This document shows positions 39,545-50,954 of a DNA stretch of 64,000 nucleotides, piece by piece (positions within the stretch are counted from its first letter, which is position 1; every line of letters starts with the position of its first letter). The DNA lies in contig NC_092698.1 of the NCBI RefSeq assembly GCF_964275005.1, positions 37,552,597 through 37,616,596 of the forward strand, given 5' to 3'. Both the position numbers and the translations under genes were made by a program. Below the pieces are notes generated by a model. The model saw only the letters and a program-made list of their open reading frames with translations. It ran no database searches and was not told where the DNA came from. This DNA comes from Diadema setosum. Its lineage: Eukaryota.

Positions 39545-39645
39545 GTATTCCGGAAGATGTGCTACGAAGTCTCGGCTTGACCTTTGACCTACCGAAGGGC
39601 GGGAAAGAGACGGCGAAGGGATCACTCATGGACAGGAGCGAGTAG
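39545..39645 (+). CDS. SCG3: SCG3-like terminal coding exon. Peptide (S)IPEDVLRSLGLTFDLPKGGKETAKGSLMDRSE, then a TAG stop.
   Basis: Acceptor ctcttctacaattactag|GT. The frame inherited from the previous exon reads through to an in-frame TAG at 39643-39645. Confidence 0.7.
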
Positions 39646-42600
39646 TGTGTATAATGTGAAGGGAAAAGCTTGATGTGACTGTAACGCGTGCAAGCCGCCA
39701 TCTTGAAGCACGCCCCTTCTCATGTGGATGTTGGAGAAAAACAAAAACAAAAACGGGACGGCAGGATGGAAACGCGTCACGTGATTTGAATGAAAAGCGG
39801 AAGGAGATGGAGTATCTATGGAAACGGGACAGTATTTTCAAGAACGGCACTGCATTTTACATGCTGAAAAAAAAAAAAATCTTGTAATAACATAACAATG
39901 ATAATATAGTGATTACTTCAGTGACTGACAATCCTATTCACACCAGTCATCGCGGGTTTATTAGAATAATTTATTGACAACAGAAGGATAATATAATACC
40001 ATAAGTTACTTGAAACTATCGTAATTTTTCTATTAGCATTTGCCCAGTATTTCAATGTTGTTCCAATTTAAGGCTCTGAGGTCAAGAAAATATGATTCGT
40101 AAATAATATCATGTAACACCGTCTATCTACGACCACGTGTTCGTTCGAAAGATTGAGGATACAATCAGTCATCTTCAAATTTGTGCGTGTTGTGACAACC
40201 TTTAAAAGCCTGATCCCTCAGAGTTGCTTCTACATTCTTGCTCAAACACTGCGAGAAGCATGTTAGGAACAAATAGCGCCACCACCTCAGAGTTCAGAGC
40301 GAGAAGGTCATTACTTACGCCTTTATATGACCTCTATAGCTTCACCTATCTTCCAAAATACAGAAACAACAACCAAACACCTTTTTCTAAGTACTTACGC
40401 CTGTGTCTACGGAGTAGTACATTGTGATGACTTTCATGTAACTTGTGTACTGGGGAAATGCAACTATGATTGTTCGTCGCGGATCCATCCTACCGTCCCC
40501 TATTCCTTTTTTCTTTTGATTTATTTCTCTTATATTTTGAATTTTGTTGCAACGAAGATTAAGTGGATTGGTTTATTAAATTTTGCACTTTCATTTGTTT
40601 TCAGTTCATTGCAATTTGAGTTGTATATTAAGAATGTAATTATTTTGATTCTTACCTAAGTACGAGGTCCATCAAACCTTGACAACATCTTTGCCATAGA
40701 AGCATTCTTTTTTTTCATCAGAGGTATTTTTGCATTTTTACGTGCACTACTATGTATAAGTTTTTAAGGTGCAAGAAGAGTTTTCATTTCATAGAGAATA
40801 TATTTTATACTTATTGGAAGCTTTTTACTAGAGGAAGCTTAGAAATATGGAAAATTTACACAGTTGCACATTGAGTTTGTCTATAAAGTGTGGAACTGTG
40901 TTTATTTAAATCATGTCGTTATATCATCTGACCTTGACCAAATCGAATTCGTAGAGCACGGCAAATTCAAAAGATTCTGACAGAAAGCCTTACAAAAAAT
41001 TCTTCTAAAAGTAAGATCGAGGCTATTGCAAATTCATGAAAACCTGTATATTCTCGAATTATATATATAAAATATATATGGAATTCGAGCAACTGCCATA
41101 ACAATTTATGAAATGATTCTACACACTAAAAATTCTTCAGTGTAAAATCTTTCAATCTCTACGAATTTTATTGTTTATCGTCGTATTGGTAATGCCAGTT
41201 TTGGGTTTCATATCGATTTCCATAGACATATTATGATATAGAGTCGTGTCTTTTTGTCCTACGTGTGAAATGAAATGTAATTCGTTGAAACAAAAACTCC
41301 TCGAAAGCAGTATGAAATATCATCACGAAGATTATATTGTGCAATATTTCAGATCTTATCTAAGCCTTAACTGATAAAAAGCAGATCTATTTCTGCAACC
41401 ACTCTCAGTATCTTGACAAACGTCAGTTACTAATATTGGGTGCTCAATGCCTCAAAAAGCACATACATGATTACAATACGTTATTATGTATAATATGCTA
41501 AGATATATATTTATTTATGAGAACTGCTCGTAACAGCTAGTGATAAATCATGTGTTAATCTGTAGCGAGGAATTTTAAAATATTTCATAACATTCCGGGT
41601 ATAAAAAAAAAAGTTTCTTGAAGCGGGCTGTTATGAAATATTGAGTGTAAGAGATTACACTTTATCCTTCTAAAGATTCTGTGTAAAACAAAACTCTTGT
41701 ACATAATTATTGCGAGTGCTACTTTCATCTTTGATAACTGATTGGGGGGGGGGGGGGCATTGAGAGAGAAGTTGGGTTTAGAGAACGAAGCAACGTACAA
41801 AGAGTAGTAAAGTTAAAGAAGAGCACCAGAGTTTATTTTGTCTAACGACAGATCGAAAGGATACAAGACACGTCTGCGCTGATGTGACGTCAGCTTTTGA
41901 ACCAGCTGATCACATATTCATGAAACACGTCGTGGCTTTTGACTGATCTTCGTAATTTACACCCGACAACCCCAGGGTCACTCGAATGTCGCATGATATA
42001 TGTATTCTATTCTTTTTTTCTCTCTGTTCATGAACAATGATGTGAGTTACGTGTAATCTTTTAAGCGGGGTAACCGTAAATGTGTGTACTATATGTACAT
42101 TATACATTATACATATATGTACATTAGACTGGTCACCTAGGCTTCATATTTCAAATGGTTTTACTCTGAAATGATAGATGAATAGAGTAGAAATGGCATT
42201 TCTGCCATATATAGTTTTAGCCTACTGCCTACGGGAAATAGGGGGCTCTGTGCAATATTGTTCATTATTTCAGAGAACTCATAGGGAACAGATGGAATAC
42301 GGCGAAGCTTGCATTGTGTCTACTTGGGATCAAACCGCTTTCATCCATGTACAGAAAACGCACATCAATTTGTTCAGCATCAACTCTGTGCAGTGTAGGA
42401 TTTAGTTACTGATCGTAGGGTGAAATACTACTATGGAAAAAAAAAACAAACGTCCACGAAAGTTACTGTGGCTCGATGGCGGAGCTTCTGCTGTAACTTC
42501 AATGTATGGAAACGGAGAGTCGACAAGATACGCTTAGTGTATATATACAAGTCTATTGTGAGATGACCTACGCCTGCGGTAATTACCAAAGTTGACATTC

Positions 42601-44399
42601 ATTTTAATGGTCGTGAAGCAACGTAATAACATTTGACTTCTCATTTATCAAACATTGTGTGGTTAATCTTGCTTGTGACGCAGGCGAATACGAGTGAACA
42701 GCCATCCATTTTCACTTTTTTTTTCGGCACTCTTACATTCCTTTCACGAAACGTCTCCCTCATGCACAATAAGTTTGCTAGTTTCTCCTAATTATGTTTC
42801 AGCACTTTGTTATTCCTTGTCTGTACGTATACCTCCTTCACAGTTACTTTGATAGCTATTGACTGACCCGCAGTCATAATGTCATTTTCCTTCACATTAG
42901 TATCTATATTCAGCTTTGCAAAATCCCTCGCTTTGTTAAAGGACCAGCTAAGGTTTATTTGTTTTTTAAGTTTTTCAGAAACACTCCGGAACCCCAGGTA
43001 TGGGTCTGTTCATGTGGATGTACTTTTCCTTTCTTCTTTGTTTTGTTTTTTTACTAAATCTACTAAGTCTACTAGTGCCGTTTTAAGACTGAAATCATTA
43101 GGTCATATATGGCTGATGAGATCTGAGATGACACATGAGATTCCGCTGGTTTTTATCAAGTTTTAATGTTAAGATTTTCTTCCTGCATTTCATCAAAACT
43201 ATTTTCAAGCTTTCCTCTCTGAAATACAGCATGCATTTGAAGATAGTGTGATGTGATCTTAAAATATGGTATCTTCCAGGCATGGGGAAGTTACCTGTGG
43301 GTATCTGGACTCCTGGTCTTCAATTCTGTTAAGTAGGAACCAAAGCTTTATGTCATTTTCAGCATGTCATCTTTTAAGAGCAAAAACATCAATTATTAAG
43401 GAAGTTTGAGATTGGTTCGATCGAAACCAAACACACTAAAATACATTTCCCCCGCCTGGAAAGGGAAGAACTTCTGGTTTGTTAGTTGTTGTTGTTGTTG
43501 TTGTTGTTTTTTTTTTTTTACCTTGTTACGATTCATAACCTGTTCATCACGTTTATTTTGCGATTGTTTGCAGAGTTCAGACTTGGAACTATCTAAAAAA
43601 TCCCTTTGTCATGAAACCTCTTGTTAAAATGAACGCACTTTGCAGTTTTTGTTTTGACCCTGTCACCAAATAAAGTGTGCTGACTAGAACTGTCTGTGTT
43701 CCTGCCTCTTCGTTCTTCTCTCTAGTTTCAAAGACTCGGATAAAGGATATAACACACCCACATGTTGATGATTTAGAATGTTGTTTGTTTGTTTGCTTTC
43801 TTTTGTTTTGCTTTTTTTTAGGTGTGACGAAATACATGTAGAATGGAAAGGACAAAACATTGTACAAAATGATTATTGCAGGGTTACTATTTTATATGAT
43901 TTATATGATTGCACAGGTTGAGGTCAAATATAGCATTTCTGTGCATTAGAACGGTTTCACACTTACACAATCTTCTTCTGGTCATCAAATTTGAAAATGT
44001 AGTATTTACTATTAGACTACATATCTCATATACTCTACCCTACCTGGCAAGAACATAAAATCTTTGTTATTCAGTGGGTCGGTATGGTAATGAAGGATGG
44101 TGACGAATGGTGAATCTTAAACAAAACAAAAAAGACAAGTGAGACATAATACTTTTTGAGTCAGAACATTAAAGGCTGACAGCCGTTGATGCAAGTTTCA
44201 AGAGAAAAAAAAAGCAGTCCCTTTTTGTCATGAAAGTTCATTTGAACTGACTGATTTTTCCTGTCTTCGCCTGAAAGTATAAAAAAATTTCAATAAGTGG
44301 AGTTTTTTAGGATAAAGTAAAAAAAAACAACAACTCTAAAATATAATCTTCTCGCAACATTACGACGGGCTAATGTATAGTATACGCCTGTTATTTTCT

Positions 44400-44610
44400 T
44401 TGTTTTTATTGGTTGTTTTACATTTAGAAGAGAGAGAAGAAGAAGAGGAAGACGATGGAGAACATAGAGATGGAAAGAGAGAATTGGAGAGAGAGAGAGT
44501 AGAAAGGACATGAAGGAAGAAGAAGAGATAGTAGGAGAGAGATGAAGAGAGAGATGAAGAAAATATGGAAAACAAAGGATGAGGATGGGCAATAAAGAGG
44601 ATCCCAAACT
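44400..44610. repeat. Polypurine (GA-rich) tract of about 200 bp.
   Basis: Almost exclusively A/G on the plus strand. The minus-strand ORFs at 44290-44636 are artefacts of it. Confidence 0.85.
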
Positions 44611-47600
44611 AAGGGCTCAAATAACACTATCGGCACTCATAAAGAAAACGGTCAAAATCCGGTGCCTTTTTAAAAATACCTACGTCCATTACTCATTCAC
44701 GCACAATTTTTTGCACACGACACAGTTGCTTAGCAGCAATCATGACAGGTAGAATGAAAAGGTCGTTACTTTCAAACAATTTATTTAGTACATTGATATA
44801 GCAGTCTATTTCCGTATACATTTACAAAACATGAAAATACAACACAATAATACATTCAGTGCATGATATGTTACAGTGATTTACATTCTATAGGCAGGAC
44901 CACAATAACGTCAGTAAACATACTAATATCTTCTGACTTTCGTCTACAGGAGTGAAATTGAAATCAAATATTACTAAAAATTGTTTTAGTCATGCTATTT
45001 ATGTACATGTATGATTAATAGATATTTGATTGATTTGCGCATTTTAACAAAAAGTGATTGATGCCTGCATTTTTCTCTCCGTAAGGCTTTTAGAGGTGCA
45101 AACCACCAAATCTTGCAGATAAATTAACTGTTGCAATTGCTTGATTTATGGAAAACCTTTCTTGGTGACAAAGCACATTTTTGAACAAACATCTTCTGTG
45201 ATGATTTTGGTTACTAATGTAATTTGTCAGCGACAGCGCAATGTGTTTGATTAAAAAAAAATGAATGTCCGCAGATCTTGGGTAGGAATCTTGCAAAGCG
45301 ATTACCAACTGGGATATCACTAACTATTTATCATTCATTTTCAATTCTGAACGTACGTCACAAGGCGCGTCAAAAGGCGCGTAACGATCACAGAGAAATT
45401 TGGCTGACTGAACTCACCATCTTAATCTTACATTTTCTTTGAGTAAATTGGCAAAAACTGAGTTAATTCTAAACTTTTGTAGTTATAATGGGTCAAGGGC
45501 ATGTCCCTTTGATGGATGTATCTTTCACCAAAACTCCCCTCCCAATAATATATAGCATGATACAGTATACGAATAAGGTAAAAGTTCAGGGTTATTTAGC
45601 CCGACAGTTGAGATTACAGGCAGAGCAGCAGCATCTCGTATAGGTATAGTGTTGAATAAACCATATCTGGCCCTTAAAGTGTAATATACAAAAATGATTG
45701 TTAATGATTTCTGGCTGAAGAATAAATACAATTATATCTTCTCGCTCCCCTTACATTTCAGATAATTCACCAAGGCTTTCAAATATAGAGCTTTATATTC
45801 TAGATAATCCATTAAATATGTGTAAATTATTCCTTCGGTGCGAAGCAGGAGGCAGGACAAAAATTTTTAACTTAAGTATGCTATTTAAGCAAAAAGAGAT
45901 TTTCCGATTGGCTTTGATGTTTCTGGTCCCAAAGACTGGCAAAAACTTCCACACAAGGCAGGCATCAGTAATTCTTGTGTACAAGTCAGACGAAGTACTG
46001 GAAGAGGATCATTTTCGAAGCATTGCTATATCACACTCATTCACGATGACATACTTTTTCATTTTTATTCAGCATAACACTTTTTTAAAGCACGTTCTTT
46101 TGGTACGGCATTCGATTCATTTTGTAGAGTGAATAACAATGTAGACATTTAACTCTGTTATACCTATTTTACCGGTATCACGCTATATTCACAAGGGTCG
46201 ACATTGTTGAAACGAAGGGAAGAATATACACTATCAAGTATCATACTGAGTGACTTGTTATTTGCTGTACTTAGACTTTCGTAGATAATCAAACATGCAT
46301 GGAATGAAAAAATGAGTTGACGTACTACTGACTATCACGATAGTATATGATACACCTTTATGTCATAATTATCAACACATATGAAGAACACAATTGTGGT
46401 AGACTTAGAAATATGATAATATCAATCATGATTACAAAATGAATAAACCCGAAATAAGGCTAAGTTATGACCAGACCCAAAGTGATATTCGAATAATAAA
46501 GACATATTTTACCTATAATTATTTGGATCTTTCGATTCTTTACAACAAAACTACCCCCTAAACGAATTTCATTTCCCACTAAATCTAAATAAATTTCCTT
46601 CACGTGTATTGCGTATGCTTTTTTTTTTCCAAAAGAACCATAGTTTTAGTATTGCACTTAAGACCGAGTACACATAAACGGTTATGAACGAAATAAAAAT
46701 GTACATAATGACGTAATAAGGGAAGCGGTGTTCCGTGTTACGATAGTCACTTCTCGGCATTCTGGCCTGTCTGCAGTATTAGCTCTTCTCTACCTTTATA
46801 CATAATCATCGCATTCTCGAAACTTTAACCCTTTCTGCGCAATGAGTAAATGCACAAACTGTGCACACATTGACGGGAGAATAAAATAAACATGACTCTA
46901 TGGGTCAGGGCATGTATTCCATGAGTGAGGCTAACAAGACAACGCGACTTAGATATATGAGATAAATTATGTAGATTGTGATTGTGAATAAGTATTTTGT
47001 GTCTTGTGTAGTTTCAGTTAGCTTTACTACAAATTAAGAATAAATCGTTGTTCTTTGAGAAAGAGGGAGAAAGAGAGAGAAACGGGAAAGGAGGGGAGGG
47101 GTCAGACAGTAAACCAAGAAATTACTGATTGTTATTAGTCAAAATCTCGAAAGATGTTCACCAATGTCTTTGCACAAATGACGAAATGGAATATATTGTA
47201 TATGACAACGATTAAGTTTTCTATGACGAGACTTAGACTATGGCTTATTGAAGTCTGAATCTGCAGAGTATGAATGAATGCCTTCTCTAGACATAAGGAT
47301 TTAAGTGGAGATGTTCATTTTTGTCTATAAATTTACACGCCGACGTGTTATTACATATACAGTATTTCAATGATTTTGGCTCGCCATCGATAGAGGGCGC
47401 TCATTGCCTTCTCGTACAGTGGCATCTTGAAGTTAGGCGAGCTCGTTGGCTGGGCGGGCAAGTTCTCGTCACGGCGTCTATCACGATTCGTAATCTGCGA
47501 ACAATAAAACCACATGGCGTCAGAAATAAACATTTAAAAGCGCTTGATAACCCACAGTTTTCATGTAAAAAGAAAAAAACCGCTTCCGGAAATCATCTTT

Positions 47601-47830
47601 TGATATTGGCATAGAACACAATGAAAGGGTTAATTGTATGTGGAAAGGAAAAGAGACGTGCTAGTATCGGATCACTGAGGCTAATATTTTACATCTCGCA
47701 GTTATCATGATGATAACAAAATATATATCTTATTTATGGAATTATTTCAGGCTTTGTGCTGTCTATTTTGTCGTTACATTAAATAAATCCCTCACTGTGC
47801 CGATGATGTTCTCTAGTTTAGTATTTTGTA

Positions 47831-47831
47831 G

Positions 47832-47864
<33 letters not shown>

Positions 47865-47873
47865 TGGTCACGC
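47831..47873. repeat. (TGT)n microsatellite. A second (TGT)n-polyT lies at 43485-43520.
   Basis: Directly visible. Confidence 0.9.
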
Positions 47874-49059
47874 CGTCATCTTTTCAGATGTATCACGTAG
47901 TTCATTGTACTTTTAGAAATTAAATGAAAGCCAGTTTCAAATGTATGTGGCATGACAATGAAGATGCATGATAGATGGAAAACATATCTGAATATATGAA
48001 TTGATAAAAGCAGCTTCAGAGAAATCAGTATGTAGAATTTTTTAACTAACTTAAAATAAAACAAAAGTAAAAGAGATAAATGATAGAATTCTTAGAGTAA
48101 ATGAATAATGTAAATATGAATTAAAAAGAAGATTAACAGAAAAAATATGGCTATATAGACAACATAGAATAAATGGACTTAGAAATTGATAATCAATCAA
48201 TGACATTTGATTATGTTACCAATTGACATGGGTGAAGTTAAGATATCACTGGCAATGGCAATATATTTCATATTTCACTGTAAGTGACTGAAGAAACGAG
48301 AGTATTTAGACAAATAAAAACAGAACATAGTTATAAGTGCGAGGAAGCAACAGATCATTCGTTAACATCAGTAGCCAGAACTAACCCTTATTTACAAAAG
48401 GAATTAGTGTCCAGGAAAACCTGATCTCATGAGTTTATTGTCACTAATTTGTGTAAAGACAAATAAGTACATATTTAGTGTTCAGTTGCATCTTTCACTG
48501 TCCTATTAATTGTCCAACTGTGTACCAGGAGAGTGATTCGAGTATCAAAGAATATCAACAGCAATGAGATGTGATAAGGCATTCTAAATATGGAATGTCA
48601 AAAACCGATCTTCGATCATCAGTCTGGTCTTTTACACTCAAGGTTGCAACTCGTGACGTCATAAACCACCAATATCATACTTAACGGTAACACTAAAGAA
48701 GAAGTGAACAAAGGAAGGGAAGTCGGTAAAGAATCTGAGAGTGGTAAACATCAAGGGGGCGTGCATTCATGCATTATCTAGTTTAGTTACAAAATGATAT
48801 CTATAATTATGCACATAAATATAAATCATTATGGATATATGGATATATATAATAGATAAATTTGTCACATAGGGAAAATGTGACTGACATGTACATTTCC
48901 GCACTCAGCGGTCAGTCTAGCTTCCATACCCCTCTCCAAGGGGGGGGGGGGGTCATGTTGACCTACAAGCAACTTTCGACAGAACACAAAAATGAAAGCG
49001 AAGAGAAAAGATGCGCTATCTAGGCTAAAGAAATAAATATGGACGGGATGGGAACTATG

Positions 49060-49093
<34 letters not shown>

Positions 49094-50917
49094 GGGGGAG
49101 ATAGAATGGATGAAAAAATTGCATAGAATCATGACAGGTTAATAGGATAGAAGATCAAAGCAGAGAAAAGAAACATGTAAGGGAATCAAAGTAGACGAGG
49201 GTTGCAAAGAAATACGGTCAGGAACAAATTCATGGAGGAATAGAGAATAGTGGGACGCAACAATGAATATTGTAGAATATAGGTGGGTAAAGAATTGTGT
49301 GAGGGGAAATGAAGTATAGATGGGTGAAATAATACTTCTCAAACTTATATGATATTTGACTCAATTTCTTTGTCATATCAGATAGCATTTGTTTCTTTTT
49401 GAAATCATTTGATTGCATTGAGATAGATTTTTAATTGGATATTCGTGGACTCAGAGATTTTTGTTTTGAGACGCGGCACTAATCTGTTTATAAAGGCTTT
49501 ATACGAACCATTTTTATGAATCTAAAATTGCCTTTACATATTTCTGGACGTGGTATACGAATTATGCCTACTATATACATCGTGGTTCAAGATAATAGTA
49601 CACCGGGTGTCATGCAAAGTTAATGCTAAACACATCAAACAATCATGGCCTAATCATATAGAGATATGATATTCCATGCCCTCTCTGATACGCTCATTTT
49701 ACTTGTTGATATCATGTTTGATTAACCAAAAAATGCTTTGTGACTATACATGTTTTTGACAGTCAGTTCTGACCTGCCTCTAGAACATGTTGGTCTACGC
49801 TGCACTGAAATGAAAATGTGCATGCAATTGCAATTTATACTAGCGCAAATGAAATGATAATAATCGTCAGTGTATATAAAATCAGTTGGAATAAAAGGAA
49901 GTAGATGATGTTAATGATCATCATGCGCTATTGATATGTGGAGAATAGTATAAGAGGGTTATAGGGTTAAAAATTTTGAGTCATATCCGGAAAAGCCCAG
50001 TTACTATACATCTGATTTGAACTGTCATGCAATGCTGTATCCGAAATGTGCATTTGAATTTCGTTTGTATGATATCATCTTTTTCTTATTTTTTTTTTTC
50101 TTGGCTTAGCACAACTACTCTGCCATAACGAGTTGTTCACATAACAGAAAAACGGGCAAAAATAAAGCTTCAACTCAGTAAAGCTTATTGGTGACACTAT
50201 CTTCTTACACCTGTAAGACCACAGGAAAGCTTCGGTGAGTTTGACACATGTACAGATTACAAAAAAGGGGGAAATAATAAACACATAAAGTTTACATGAG
50301 TTATCATTAGAGAAGATCCATTACCAAACAACTGACACAGCACTTGATCTGTCTTCTGATGGCATGCAGAGAGGGCGGTATTTAGAGAAGAGAGAGAGAG
50401 GAGGAGGTGAAGTTAGGAAGAAAAGGACATTCTGATTTATAACTGATAGCTGATCAAAGATTTCACTTGATTGAAGTTAACATTATAATCCATTTTTTAG
50501 ACTAATGAGTGTGGCAGAACAAACACTTAATTAGCTCCCTTATACCCTTTGAAGTTTCTACAGTGATCCATATCTAAATTCACAAAAGATAGACATCGGT
50601 GAGGTGAACAGAAGGATGTACATTAGGACACTGTTTAACCATCATTGCCGCCATCGTGGCCATACAAATAGTGTCTGAGAGCTATGGTATCATCAGTGTC
50701 TGACTGAATCAGTGGTTAAAGAGGCTTTATATCCGATGGTTTGATAACACGAGGAACTGAGTGGACTTGGTATCATGGTTTCATGGTAACTCATTGACAC
50801 CACATTAGTCATAACAGACAGGCTTCGACCAATCTAGATATAATAGGGAACCATGTTGCATCCAAACGCTGAATTTCAGTTATGTTTTTTCTATTTTAAG
50901 ATATCATAAGAGTAGAA

Positions 50918-50920
<3 letters not shown>

Positions 50921-50950
<30 letters not shown>
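50921..50950. repeat. poly(T) run of 30 nt. Its complement gives poly(A).
   Basis: Directly visible. Confidence 0.9.

Positions 50951-50954
<4 letters not shown>

Larger units (their letters stand above)
16981..39645 (+). other. SCG3: Gene span (partial, 5' end not found) of a secretogranin III-like acidic neuroendocrine granin gene. At least 10 coding exons, stop codon TAG at 39643-39645.
   Basis: Ten candidate exons with AG acceptors preceded by polypyrimidine tracts and GT donors. The intron phases chain together without a single stop. The translated product is extremely rich in D and E, and its motifs resemble vertebrate SgIII (recalled from memory, not searched). Confidence 0.6.

Noticed and set aside
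44290-44636. Three overlapping minus-strand ORFs (S/L/F-rich)
   Set aside because: They are artefacts of the polypurine tract.
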